Below, piece after piece: positions 1 to 9,873 of a stretch of DNA of 64,000 nucleotides. The stretch's first letter is position 1. Each line of letters starts with the position of its first letter. The notes beneath the pieces were generated by a model, which ran no database searches, was not told the DNA's origin, and worked only from the letters and a program-made list of their open reading frames with translations. The position numbers and the translations under genes were made by a program. Source of the stretch: Candidatus Latescibacterota bacterium (GTDB taxonomy: Bacteria; Latescibacterota; UBA2968; UBA8231); NCBI GenBank assembly GCA_965221775.1, contig CBDCSU010000005.1:1216001-1280000 (forward strand), in the 5' to 3' direction.

Positions 1-14
1 GATAGCCGCCAGAC

Positions 15-2135
15 CTACCCCAGACGCACGGCGAGCAGCTTGTTGTTCCAGTGGTCGCAGATGAGCAGCAGGCCGTCCCCGTAGAGGCGCAGCCTGCAGG
101 GGTGGTTGAGCCGGGCCTTGGTCGCCGGGCCGCCGTCCCCGGCATCGCCCCCGTCGGCGCTGCCGGCGATCGTTCGCAGGACCCCGTCGGCCCTGACGGC
201 GCGCACCCGGCAGTTCGCCGTATCCGAGACGTAGAGCGTGCCTCCGTCGCGGCTGACCTCCAGGCCCCGCGGGCTGCCCAGGCGGGCCTCCCGCGGCGGC
301 GTCCCGTCGGCGGAGAAGCCCTCGGCGCCGCAGCCGAGGACGGTCTCGATCCGGCCCGAGGCGGCGTCGACGCGGCGCACGACGCAGGCGGCGCTGTCCA
401 CGAAGAACAGGTTGCCGGCGCCGTCGAAGCGCAGGGACTCGGGCCGCCCGATGCGGGCCTGGCGGGCCGGACCCCCGTCCCCGGTGCGGCCGTCGAGGCC
501 GTTGCCGGCGACGGTGGTGATGATCCCGGTCCGGGCGTCGACCTTGCGGATCCGGTGGGCGCCGGCGTCGGCGATCCAGACGTCGCCCCGCGGCCCGTGC
601 TCGACGGCGGAGGGCGAGATCAGGCAGGCGTTGATCGACGGCCCGCCGTCGCCGAGGTCCCAGGGGAAGCCGGCCCCGGCGAAGTTGTGGATCACGCCGC
701 TGCCGTCGACGCGGCGCACGTGGCTGTGGCGGGTGTCGGCGATGATCACCTCTCCGCCGGGCCCGACGGAGACGTCGGCCGGGTTGCCGAGGAAGGCTTC
801 CGTCGCCGGGCCGCCGTCGCCCCCGTAGGCGCGGGCCCCCTCGCCGGCGACGGTGCGGATGACGCCGGTGCCGGCGTCGATGGCGCGCACCCGCTGGTTC
901 CACGTGTCAGCGACGTAGATGTCGCCGTTGGCGGCCACGGAGAGGCCGCCGGGCCCCCGCAGGAAGGCCGCCGCGGCGGGTCCGCCGTCGTGGATCGAGG
1001 TGCCCCCGAGGGCCGTGGTGACGATCCCGGTGCGGCCGTCGCACCGGCGCAGGCGGCCCGAGGAGTCCCCCCAGAACACGGTGCCGTCGAGGTCGGCCCA
1101 CAGGCCGGCCTCCACCGAGTTGATGCGGCTCTCGGGCCCCGGCAGCCCCTCGTCGCCCCAGCCCGGCTGGCCGTTGCCGGCCACGGTGGAGACGCGGCCC
1201 GTCCTCGCGTCCACCCGCCGCACCCGGAAGCCGTATTTCTCGCCCACGTACATGTTGTCATGGGCGTCGAAGAACAGGGCGTCCGGCATCAGCACGGCCG
1301 CGTCCGGGCCGAGCTCGCCGTCGCCGCTGGAGGCCCGCATGCCGTTGCCGAGAACGGTGCTGACCAGGCCCGTGGTCATGTCGATCCTGCGGATGCGGTC
1401 GTTCGAGTTGTCGCACACGTAGAGATCGCCCTTGGAGTCGAAGGCGAGATGCTCCGGATGGTGGAAGCCGGCCTGCTCCTTGGGGCCGCCGTCCCCCGAG
1501 TAGCCCCCGAGGCTGAGCCACGGCCCCGAGAACGGCCGGCTGGGGCCGCGCTCGAGGCCGTGATGCCGGGCCTCGAGGCCGGCGAAGTGGTCGATGACGC
1601 CGGTGCGGGCATCGATGCGGCGGACCACGTTCGACCACTCGCAGGAGAGGAAGACGTTGTCCTCGTCGTCGACGGCGATGCCGGAGTCGTTGTCGATCTC
1701 GCACTCCAGGGCGGGGCCGCCGTTGCCGCCCCAGCCGACGCGGCCGGAGCCAGCGACGCGGGTGACGATCCCGGTGTCGATGTCGATGCGGCGCACCGCG
1801 TGGTTGCCGAGGTCGGTCAGGTAGAGATGGCCATGCCGGTCGCGGGCCAGGTCGTGGGGATCGTGGAAGCGGGCCTCCGCCGCCGGGCCGCCGTCGCCCC
1901 GGCCCCCGGGCACGCCGTCGCCGCCGAAGAGGTGCAGCACCCCCTCGATGTCGATGCGCCAGATGCGGTGTCCCCACATGTCCAGCACTATCAGGTCGCC
2001 GGCGGCGGTACGGACCACCCCCTGCGGCGTGCCGGCGGGCGCCTCTCGGGCGGGCACGCCATCGAGGTAGCCGACGCCGGCGACGGTGGTGATGTGGCCG
2101 GGCGCCAGGCCGGCGAGCTGGCGGGAGAGGCTCAT
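15..2135 (-). CDS. NHL-repeat (teneurin-like beta-propeller) protein
   Basis: Many repeats of the type AG.G..G..GDGGPA..A....P..L..D..G.LY..D..N.R.RRID. Start moved to MSLSRQ (ATG 2135); the upstream extension of the ORF looks non-coding. Confidence 0.85.
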   Translation of the reverse strand: MSLSRQLAGLAPGHITTVAGVGYLDGVPAREAPAGTPQGVVRTAAGDLIVLDMWGHRIWRIDIEGVLHLFGGDGVPGGRGDGGPAAEARFHDPHDLARDRHGHLYLTDLGNHAVRRIDIDTGIVTRVAGSGRVGWGGNGGPALECEIDNDSGIAVDDEDNVFLSCEWSNVVRRIDARTGVIDHFAGLEARHHGLERGPSRPFSGPWLSLGGYSGDGGPKEQAGFHHPEHLAFDSKGDLYVCDNSNDRIRRIDMTTGLVSTVLGNGMRASSGDGELGPDAAVLMPDALFFDAHDNMYVGEKYGFRVRRVDARTGRVSTVAGNGQPGWGDEGLPGPESRINSVEAGLWADLDGTVFWGDSSGRLRRCDGRTGIVTTALGGTSIHDGGPAAAAFLRGPGGLSVAANGDIYVADTWNQRVRAIDAGTGVIRTVAGEGARAYGGDGGPATEAFLGNPADVSVGPGGEVIIADTRHSHVRRVDGSGVIHNFAGAGFPWDLGDGGPSINACLISPSAVEHGPRGDVWIADAGAHRIRKVDARTGIITTVAGNGLDGRTGDGGPARQARIGRPESLRFDGAGNLFFVDSAACVVRRVDAASGRIETVLGCGAEGFSADGTPPREARLGSPRGLEVSRDGGTLYVSDTANCRVRAVRADGVLRTIAGSADGGDAGDGGPATKARLNHPCRLRLYGDGLLLICDHWNNKLLAVRLG

Positions 2136-2372
2136 GGGGGGTGTGCCGGACGGGTGGAGGGGCGGGACGGCATGGCAGCCCGGCGAAAGGTCACCCGGCC
2201 GTCTGCTGCCGGCAAGCCATGCCGCCGGAGACACGGATGGCGGCGCGGCGGGGTCCGAACCGACTGGCGCGCTAGCGGACCCCGTCCCACTTTCCGGCGC
2301 GGTCGGCACCCGGCCCCGGGCGATGCAGACGGCCTCGCCCGCCTTCGCCGGACAGTCTCAGGAGACCCAACC

Positions 2373-3716
2373 ATGGCAAAGTCCTCCCTCCCCCTCGGCT
2401 GCTCCCTGCTGCTGGCCTCGCCGGCCGCGGCGGACCTGACGATTCCCGGCAACATCCCCAGCCCGGAGGCGGTGCGCGAGGTCGCCGAGGGCCGGCGCGC
2501 GACGGCGAACGCCGCCTGGTGGGGGTTCGACGCCGAGGACGCCACCGGGGCGCTGCAGGCCGCCATCGACTCCGGCGCCCGGCGGGTCGTCGTGCCCAAC
2601 ATGGGCTCCGACTGGATCGTCGGGCCGATTCGGCTGGCGGGGCGCCAGGAGCTGTTCCTGGAGCGCGGGACCGTCGTCAGCGCCCGGCGCGGGGCGTTCC
2701 GCGGCGGCGGCGACTGCCTCTTCCAGGCCACCGCCGTCGACGACGTGACAATCCGCGGGTACGGCGCCACGATCCGCATGCACAAGCAGGACTACATGGA
2801 CTACACGAAGCGGGAGGTCTACCCCAAGGCGGAGTGGCGCATGACCCTCTCTTTGCGCGGGGTCCACAAGGCCCTCGTCGAGGGCCTGACCATCCGGGAC
2901 AGCGGCGGCGACGGCATCTACATCGACGGCGGCGGCGGCCGCGACCACAGCCGCGACATCACCATCCGCGACGTGGTCTGCGACAACCACTACCGCCAGG
3001 GGATCAGCGTCATCAGCGTCGTCGGTCTCACGGTGGAGGACAGCGAGTTCGCCAATACGTGGGGCACCCCGCCGTCGGCGGGCGTCGACATCGAGCCCGA
3101 CCGGCCCGACCAGAGGGCGCAGGAGATCGTCTTCCGCAACTGCCTCTTCCGGGACAACTACGGCGCCGGCATCCAGGTCTACCTGCGCTTCAACGAGCCC
3201 GACGCCGAGGACGTGTCGATCCTCTTCGACCGCTGCCGGGTCACGAGCCGCCTGGGCTCGGGCCTGGTCTTCGGCGCCCTGAAGGCGGAGGGACCCGGGG
3301 GCCTGATCGAGTTCCGCGACTGCGTCGTCGAGGACGTGGCCGGCGTCGGCGCCCACGTCTACGACAAGCATCCGGAGGGCGCCCGCGTGCGCTTCACCCG
3401 CACCCGCTGGATCGACGTGGGCACCGGCCTGGACAACGCCTTCGCCCGCGTCGACAGCGTCGAGAGCCGGGCGCCGCTGCTGATCTACAACAGGCGCCCC
3501 GAGCTGATCACGCCGACCCACGGCGGCATCGACTTCGTCGACTGCGAGATCGTCGACGGCCGCGACCGGCCCTTCCTGTCAGCGCTCCAGAAGGAGCCGG
3601 CGGAGGGGCTCTTCGACGTGACCGGCTCGATCCGGGTGCGCAACCCCCACGGCGCCCGCATGGACCTGCAGGACGCCCGGCACGGCGTGAGCCTGGAGGC
3701 GGTGCCGGTGGAGTAG
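2373..3716 (+). CDS. Secreted right-handed parallel beta-helix (pectin lyase-like) protein
   Basis: AGGAGA RBS, then ATG 2373 and a signal peptide (MAKSSLPLGCSLLLASPAAA); motifs DAT.ALQAAIDSG, GDGIY, NHYRQGISVIS, AGVDIEP. Confidence 0.85.
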   Translation: MAKSSLPLGCSLLLASPAAADLTIPGNIPSPEAVREVAEGRRATANAAWWGFDAEDATGALQAAIDSGARRVVVPNMGSDWIVGPIRLAGRQELFLERGTVVSARRGAFRGGGDCLFQATAVDDVTIRGYGATIRMHKQDYMDYTKREVYPKAEWRMTLSLRGVHKALVEGLTIRDSGGDGIYIDGGGGRDHSRDITIRDVVCDNHYRQGISVISVVGLTVEDSEFANTWGTPPSAGVDIEPDRPDQRAQEIVFRNCLFRDNYGAGIQVYLRFNEPDAEDVSILFDRCRVTSRLGSGLVFGALKAEGPGGLIEFRDCVVEDVAGVGAHVYDKHPEGARVRFTRTRWIDVGTGLDNAFARVDSVESRAPLLIYNRRPELITPTHGGIDFVDCEIVDGRDRPFLSALQKEPAEGLFDVTGSIRVRNPHGARMDLQDARHGVSLEAVPVE

Positions 3717-3726
3717 CAGGGCAGGT

Positions 3727-5538
3727 CTACCGCGCCAGGGCCAGGACCCTCGCCAGGCGGCGGTCCCCCAGCTCTACCACCAAGTAGTAGACTCCGCTGG
3801 CTACGCGCCGGCCGGCGTCGTCCGCGGCGTCCCACTCGAAGGCGTGCGCCCCGGGGCTGAGCCACTCGCCCTCGGCCAGGGTCCGCACCCTCTGCCCGAG
3901 CAGGTTGTAGATGCGCAGCGCCGCGGGAGCGGTCTCCCCCACGCTGAGGGCGATCCGTGTCGTCGTGTTGAAGGGGTTCGGGTAGACGGCAAGGCCATCC
4001 CTCGAGACCTCCGGCTCCATCGCCACGTGCGTCACGGGGCCGCCGGAGCTGACCAGGGCGCTCGGTGCGCTCTCGCTGGAATTGCCGCCGACGGCCTGCA
4101 CGAAGTAGTGGTGCGGCTCCGGCCCCTCGGGGCGGTCCACGAGGACGGTCTCCCCGGTGACGGCCAGCAGGTTGCGCGCGTCGAGGGCCGCCGCGCCAGG
4201 GTCGGGGCTCGTGGGCGAGCGGACGCGGTAGACCGCGTAGCGGCGCGCGCCCTCCACGGGATGCCACGACAGCTCCACCTCCCCTTCCCTGATCGAGGCC
4301 AGCTCCAGTACTCGGGGCGCGGCGGGAGGCTCCGACCCTTTCCAGGCCATCGGCGGCGTGAGGGCGGGATTCCGGTAGAGGTCCGCCTTCAGCACCTCGG
4401 AGATCCCCTGGGAGTGGTGGTGCGTGATGTTCCTGGCTCGAAAGAACACGCTTCCCAGGATGGCCGGTGAACCGCGGTTGAACCGCACCTGCGCGGGAAT
4501 CTCGTCCGGGGAGAAGAGCTCCCCCGAATAGGTCTCGCTCTCCGCCCGGTAGAGCCCGTGTCCCGTGTAGAGATGCCGGCCGCCGACCTGCTCCGCCCAC
4601 CAGGATGCCAGGCTGCCATAGTCCTGGGGGCCGCCGAAGGGCCAGTAGAGTTGCGGCACGAGGTAGTCCACGCTCCCCGCCGCGAGCCAGGCCGTGGGGT
4701 CCGCGAAGATGACGTCGTACGCATCGAGTCCGCGGATGCCCTCGGGCACGCCGTTCTTCCAGATGCCGAAGGGGCTGACGCCGAACTTGAGGGCCGGCTT
4801 GAGGGCACGAAGGCTGTCGGCGACCTGGGCGATGAAGAGGTTGACGTTGTCGCGGCGCCAGTCGGAGAGACTGGTGAACCCCCGGCTCTCCTCCGCGAAG
4901 GTGGCCGCGTCCTCGGTGCCGATCTGGTTCGGGGGGTAGGGGTAGAAGTAGTCGTCGAAGTGGACGCCATCGATGTCGTAGCGGCGGGCCACGTCCATGA
5001 CGACGCCGGTGACGTGGTCCCGCACGGCGGCCCGGCCAGGATCCAGAACGCGCAGATCGCCGAACTCCAGGACCCACTCCGGACGGGTCCGGGTCACGTG
5101 GTCCGCGGACGGCTCGTACGCGGAGCTCGCCTGGGCGCGGTAGGGGTTGAACCACGCGTGGATCTCCATGCCCCGCCGGTGGGCCTCCCGCACGGCGAAG
5201 GCCAGCGGGTCGTACCACGGATCGGGCGCCGCGCCCTGCCGCCCCGTGAGCCAGTAGGACCACGGCTCCAGCGGCGAGTCGTACATGGCGTCGCATGCCG
5301 AGCGGACCTGGAAGAACACGGCGTTGATGCCGGCGTCCCTGAGGCCGTCGAGCATCAGGCGCAGCTCGGCCTGCTGATCGGCGGGAGCCGCTGCCCTCGG
5401 CCAGTCCAGATTGAAGACGGTGGCGATCCAGGCCCCCCGGAACTCGTGCTTCGGCGGCTGCGCGGCCTGGGCCGGCGGTAGCGGGGCCGCCAGGGCCGGG
5501 CAGAGCGCGAGGACCAGCGGCAGGCGCACGCGACTCAC
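3727..5538 (-). CDS. Glycoside hydrolase-like family 10 (DUF187/YddW-like) protein with FN3-like and FlgD/T9SS-type C-terminal domain
   Basis: EFRGAWIATVFNLDWP, HAWFNPYR, DGVHFDDYFYP, YLVPQLYW; C-terminal VYPNPFN...IYNLLGQRVRTL...WD..D..G..VASGVY; signal peptide. Confidence 0.9.
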   Translation of the reverse strand: MSRVRLPLVLALCPALAAPLPPAQAAQPPKHEFRGAWIATVFNLDWPRAAAPADQQAELRLMLDGLRDAGINAVFFQVRSACDAMYDSPLEPWSYWLTGRQGAAPDPWYDPLAFAVREAHRRGMEIHAWFNPYRAQASSAYEPSADHVTRTRPEWVLEFGDLRVLDPGRAAVRDHVTGVVMDVARRYDIDGVHFDDYFYPYPPNQIGTEDAATFAEESRGFTSLSDWRRDNVNLFIAQVADSLRALKPALKFGVSPFGIWKNGVPEGIRGLDAYDVIFADPTAWLAAGSVDYLVPQLYWPFGGPQDYGSLASWWAEQVGGRHLYTGHGLYRAESETYSGELFSPDEIPAQVRFNRGSPAILGSVFFRARNITHHHSQGISEVLKADLYRNPALTPPMAWKGSEPPAAPRVLELASIREGEVELSWHPVEGARRYAVYRVRSPTSPDPGAAALDARNLLAVTGETVLVDRPEGPEPHHYFVQAVGGNSSESAPSALVSSGGPVTHVAMEPEVSRDGLAVYPNPFNTTTRIALSVGETAPAALRIYNLLGQRVRTLAEGEWLSPGAHAFEWDAADDAGRRVASGVYYLVVELGDRRLARVLALAR

Positions 5539-5604
5539 CAGGGGTGGCTCATCCGGAATGACTGTGGGTAGGGTCCAGCACGGTCACCGACCGCGCCTGG
5601 CGGG

Positions 5605-5970
5605 TCAAGCGGGAATTGTTCGGCGGGAAGGCCGGCTGCGAAGGGGCCGCGGCGGCAGTGTCGAGACGGGCCGGGGGCCGAAGAGGGCGCCTTCGATTCG
5701 CGCCACCCGATCCGACACCCTGCCGAGGTCAGCGGACACGGTGCGCAGGTCAGCGGCCAGGCCGTCGATGCGGGCTTCCAGCCGGTCCATGCGCCGGTCG
5801 AGGCGGGCTTCCAACTGGTCCATGCGGGTCTCCGGCTGGCCCCTGCGGGTTCCCAGCCGGTCGATGCGTCCGCCCAGGTCGGCGCGCAGGTCGCGCAACA
5901 TCCAGCTCATCACTGCGGCCAGGGACACCACCACGCCCGTGCCAAAACCGATGTAGGGGAGCCAGTCCAT
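5605..5970 (-). CDS. Small membrane-anchored coiled-coil hypothetical protein
   Basis: N-terminal hydrophobic helix followed by heptads (MDQLEARLDRRMDRLEARIDGL...RVARIEG). Confidence 0.6.
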   Translation of the reverse strand: MDWLPYIGFGTGVVVSLAAVMSWMLRDLRADLGGRIDRLGTRRGQPETRMDQLEARLDRRMDRLEARIDGLAADLRTVSADLGRVSDRVARIEGALFGPRPVSTLPPRPLRSRPSRRTIPA

Positions 5971-6001
5971 GCCCCAAGAGTAGACGCCGGTTTCGGGAGG
6001 A

Positions 6002-7861
6002 TCAACCAGATCCTTGAGCCGCGGAACCCGCCTTCAGCGGGCCCAGGGCGGCTCCGTAGGAAGGTGCCCTCACGAAGCGGCGCAGGCCCGCCCGCAGCAG
6101 GATCCCCGCCTCCGGCGCCAGCTCCACCGCCAAGTGGCGCCCCCCCACCTCCCGGCTCTCCCCGCCCGCCTCCACTTGGGTGAACTCGTGCTCGCCGAAG
6201 GCGCCGGCCTGGACCATCACCCGGCGCCGTGCCCGCCCCGTGTTCACCAGCCGCAGGTCCACCGACTCCGCCGAGAGTCCCTCCACCAGGCAGGCCACTT
6301 CCGGCGGCAGGCCCGGCCGGCAGCGGTCCAGGTCGAAGTGGCGCACCGTGGCGCGCAGAAGGCCGCCGTTGTACACGGTCTGGGGCGCGCCGGTGGTCAC
6401 CTGGGTCAGCCCCTTGGTGACCACCGGGTTCGGCGGCCACCGGTTCTCGCGCAGGAGGGTCTCCGGGTCCCGCTCCTCGGCGCGTATGCGCTCGAAGTGG
6501 CTCTCGCACCAGGCCAGCTCGGCGCCCAGGACGCGCTCCGGCCAGTCGGGGTTGCGGCCGTCGTAGTACTGGAAGCGGCCGCGCTCGGCCTGCTGGCTGC
6601 GGCGGTCGGGGAGGCTCTCCACGTGGTTCCAGTCGCCGCCGGGGTCGCCCTCGCGCAGGCGTTCGATCAGGGCGCGGTCGGCGTTACTCATCGAGGCGTG
6701 GTAGAGGTGCGCGAACTCCAGCAGCCGCGGCGGCGCCCACTCGGTCCAGCCCTCGGGCCCCATGCGCTTGGGGAACTCCAGCCGGCCCTCGGCGGTGGTG
6801 CGCGCCCGCTCCAGCAGCGCCAGCAGGGGCCGGCGCAGCAGCTCCAGGTAACCGCTGTCCCCGGACAGCAGCAGGGCGCACTCGGCGGCCACGGTGGGAC
6901 CTCCGAAGTTGATGTCCCCCGCCCAGCGGCTGGTCCAGCCGTAGAGTCCTCCCCACCACTGGCCGCGGCGCTGCTCCCCGACGCGCCCCGTGGGACCGAC
7001 GTTGTCGGGCAGCAGGCCGCCGTTGGCGTCGATGCGCTCGATCCAGGCCTGGGCGTAGTCGAGGACCCAGCGGCGGTAGCGGTCGTGGCCGGTGAACAGG
7101 AAGGCGTGGGTGACCAGGCCGGCGGCGGTCAGGTTGGTGGGCACGTCGCCGCCGAGGACGACGCGGTCGAAGAGGTCGAGGATGCGGCGGCGGCGCTCGG
7201 GGTCGGCGGACCAGTCCTCCTCCAGGTGGCCCACGAAAGGGTGGAGGGAGGCCCGCAGGGCGGGGCTCTCCGGGGCGCTGCGGTAGTGGGAGGTGAGGTA
7301 GGCCCGGGCGAGGCCGACGCGGTCCCGGGCGCTGGTCAGGGGACCGGCGCTCGACGGGAAGGGCGAGCGGAAGACGCGGTGGCCGGCGTCGTAGTTGCGC
7401 TCGTCGATCATGAGGTCCGAGAAGCGCGCGGCCCTCTCGCGGAAGGCGGCCGAGTCCGGCTCGGCCAGGGCCAGCTCGTAGAGGGACTGGTTGCCCTCCC
7501 CCTGGTGGAACCACTCGAAGGGGACGGCGAGGTTGTAGTACTCGTCCGTCAGCTGGGCGACGTACTTCGGATGATCGCAGCCGGGGCCGGCGTCGTCGAA
7601 GAGGCGGGTGGTCGCCTCCCACTCGCGGCGGGCGATGCCGCGCAGGTCGTCGCCGCCGCCGAGGGCGTAGAGGGCGCCGCGGCCGGCGCGGGCCTCGTAC
7701 CCGTCGTCCACGTCGTCGACGAAGGTGGCGGTGCCGTCGGGGAAGCTGTAGCGGGCCGAGGCCTCGCGGGCGGCATCGGACATGGTGGCCAGGAGCCGGC
7801 GCTGCAGCGGCGCCCAGGCCGGCGGCTCGCAGCGGCGGGCGGCGTGGATGGCGGGGATCAC
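6002..7861 (-). CDS. Hypothetical protein (possible helical-barrel glycoside hydrolase-like fold)
   Basis: 619-aa ORF with host-like codon usage; AAAGGAGGAGG RBS before GTG. Function not recognised. Confidence 0.7.
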   Translation of the reverse strand: MIPAIHAARRCEPPAWAPLQRRLLATMSDAAREASARYSFPDGTATFVDDVDDGYEARAGRGALYALGGGDDLRGIARREWEATTRLFDDAGPGCDHPKYVAQLTDEYYNLAVPFEWFHQGEGNQSLYELALAEPDSAAFRERAARFSDLMIDERNYDAGHRVFRSPFPSSAGPLTSARDRVGLARAYLTSHYRSAPESPALRASLHPFVGHLEEDWSADPERRRRILDLFDRVVLGGDVPTNLTAAGLVTHAFLFTGHDRYRRWVLDYAQAWIERIDANGGLLPDNVGPTGRVGEQRRGQWWGGLYGWTSRWAGDINFGGPTVAAECALLLSGDSGYLELLRRPLLALLERARTTAEGRLEFPKRMGPEGWTEWAPPRLLEFAHLYHASMSNADRALIERLREGDPGGDWNHVESLPDRRSQQAERGRFQYYDGRNPDWPERVLGAELAWCESHFERIRAEERDPETLLRENRWPPNPVVTKGLTQVTTGAPQTVYNGGLLRATVRHFDLDRCRPGLPPEVACLVEGLSAESVDLRLVNTGRARRRVMVQAGAFGEHEFTQVEAGGESREVGGRHLAVELAPEAGILLRAGLRRFVRAPSYGAALGPLKAGSAAQGSG

Positions 7862-7951
7862 GGAGACCTCCTCCTTTGACGGATCATGGACGGAGCTGCC
7901 TGGCCCGCGGCGCCACCACCGTGGTCGACGCCGGCTCGGCGGCGGCCGACA
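7859..7951. repeat. Partial direct repeat of the 8632-9009 region
   Basis: 7859-7886 matches 8632-8659 at 26/28 nt; 7896-7951 matches 8954-9009 at 55/56 nt. Confidence 0.9.
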
Positions 7952-7963
7952 CCTGAAGCAGTA

Positions 7964-8614
7964 CTAAGTCTGCATGAGCTCATGGATCAGCGGTGGGACC
8001 TGACGGATATCGGTCAGTTGCCGCAGGGCGCCGGTGAAGTCCAGGCCGCGCGTCAGGCCCTGCTGGATGACGATGCAGCGCAGCCCGGCCGCCAGTGCGG
8101 CTCGCAGCCCCCGGTCCGAGTCTTCGATAGCGACGCATTCGGCGGCGCCAAGGCCGTTCTGCCGCATGGCCGTGAGGTAGGGCTCGGGGTCGGGCTTGGA
8201 ATGCCGGTAGTCTTCGCGCACGAGCGTGAAATCGATGTAGTCCAGCAGGCCGGTGGCGGCGTGGATGATCTCGAAGTGCTCCCGCCGAGAACTGGTGACG
8301 ATGCCCATGCGCACAGTGCCGTGGAGTTGGCCCAGCACCTGGCGGGCGCCGTCGATGACGGGTACGCCGGCGCGCAAGAGTTCGGTGTAGCGGGCGTTGC
8401 GCCAGATGCGGGCGGGCTCCAGCGCCCGTTCGTCTATTCCGTGTTCGGCGGCGATCCTGGCCAGGCCTTCGCTGGCCTTGAGGAAGAACTCGATGAAACG
8501 GGCTTCGCTAAGGTGGACGCCGAGGCGCTCCAAGGTCTCGCGGCAGGCCTGGAAGTACAGGCCTTCGGTGTCGACCAGGACACCGTCGTTGTCCCAGAGA
8601 ATGGCTCTCAGCAT
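7964..8614 (-). CDS. HAD-family phosphatase (beta-phosphoglucomutase/CbbY-like)
   Basis: WDNDGVLVDT (motif I), VTSS, KPDPEPY, IEDS..G. Confidence 0.9.
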   Translation of the reverse strand: MLRAILWDNDGVLVDTEGLYFQACRETLERLGVHLSEARFIEFFLKASEGLARIAAEHGIDERALEPARIWRNARYTELLRAGVPVIDGARQVLGQLHGTVRMGIVTSSRREHFEIIHAATGLLDYIDFTLVREDYRHSKPDPEPYLTAMRQNGLGAAECVAIEDSDRGLRAALAAGLRCIVIQQGLTRGLDFTGALRQLTDIRQVPPLIHELMQT

Positions 8615-8714
8615 GGCGCTCCATATCCTGCCACGGGGACCTCCTTCTTTGACGGATCAAGGCACGGCCGCTAATTCTACCTCACCCCACGTCACCGCGA
8701 GAGGATCACCGCGC

Positions 8715-9854
8715 ATGAAATACGACCTGCTCATCGAGAACGGCACCCTCGTCGACCCCGCCCAGGGCATCCACGACCGCCGCGACGTGGCCTTCGCCGG
8801 CGGCGTCGTGGCCGAGGTCGGCGCGGACCTGCCCGCCAGCGAGGCGCGCGTGGTCATCGACGCCAGGGGCCGCTACGTGACGCCGGGGTGGATCGACGTC
8901 CACGTCCACGTCTTCCCCGACGTCACCCACTACGGCATCGAGCCCGACCCCACCTGCCTGGCCCGCGGCGCCACCACCGTGGTCGACGCCGGCTCGGCGG
9001 GGGCCGACATCTTCCCCGGCTTCCGCAAGTACGTCATCGAGGCGTCCCAGACCCGCATCCTGGCGGAGCTGAACATCTCCTCCCAGGGCATGATCACCGT
9101 CAAGGTGGGCGAGCTGTCCCTGCTGGAGCTGGCCGACGTCGACGCCTGCCGCCGCATGATCGAGGCCAACCGCGACCTGCTCATCGGCGTCAAGGCGCGG
9201 CTCACGAGGAACACCATCGTCGGCGAGGCCGCCGGTCTGGAGCCGTTGCACCGGGCCCGCGAGGCGGCCGACGCCGTGGGCCTGCCGATCATGATCCACC
9301 CCCAGGCCGCCTGGTGCGAGTCCCTCGACGACATCCTGGCGGTGATGAAGAAGGACGACATCCTCACCCACTGCTTCCACAACAGCACCTGCGGCATCCT
9401 CGACGACGGCGGCCGCATCCGTCCGTCGGTGCGGGAGGCGATCGAGCGCGGCGTCATCTTCGACGTGGGCCACGGCGCCGGGTCGTTCTCCTGGCCGGTG
9501 GTGGAGGCGGCCCTGGAGCAGGGCGTGCTTCCTCACACCATCTCCTCCGACCTTCACATCTACAACCTCCACGGCCCCGTGTACGACCTGGCCAACGTGA
9601 TGACCAAGTTCCTGCACCTGGGCCTCTCCCTCGACGACGTCATCGCCATGGTGACCAGCGTGCCGGCGGCGTCGGTGCTGCGGCGCAACGATCTCGGCAC
9701 CCTGGCGCCGGGCGCCATCGGCGACGCCGTGGTCGCCGAGATCCAGGAGGGCAGCTTCGAGCTGGTGGACGCGCGCGGACTGGCGCGCACCGGCTCCCGC
9801 AACCTCGAGCCGGTGACGGTGGTGAAGGACGGACGCCTCTACCGGCAGGGGTGA
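8715..9854 (+). CDS. Amidohydrolase/deacetylase family metallohydrolase (dihydroorotase-like)
   Basis: PGWIDVHVH, VVDAGSAG, THCF, DVGHGAGSF, ISSDLH; start MKYDLL at 8715. Confidence 0.9.
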   Translation: MKYDLLIENGTLVDPAQGIHDRRDVAFAGGVVAEVGADLPASEARVVIDARGRYVTPGWIDVHVHVFPDVTHYGIEPDPTCLARGATTVVDAGSAGADIFPGFRKYVIEASQTRILAELNISSQGMITVKVGELSLLELADVDACRRMIEANRDLLIGVKARLTRNTIVGEAAGLEPLHRAREAADAVGLPIMIHPQAAWCESLDDILAVMKKDDILTHCFHNSTCGILDDGGRIRPSVREAIERGVIFDVGHGAGSFSWPVVEAALEQGVLPHTISSDLHIYNLHGPVYDLANVMTKFLHLGLSLDDVIAMVTSVPAASVLRRNDLGTLAPGAIGDAVVAEIQEGSFELVDARGLARTGSRNLEPVTVVKDGRLYRQG

Positions 9855-9873
9855 CGCCCCCCGGGGCCGGCCC

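Noticed and set aside
51-2372. Long + strand extension giving a 1221-aa ORF
   Set aside because: Antisense shadow of the NHL gene in high-GC DNA; the real gene starts at 2373 with an RBS and signal peptide.
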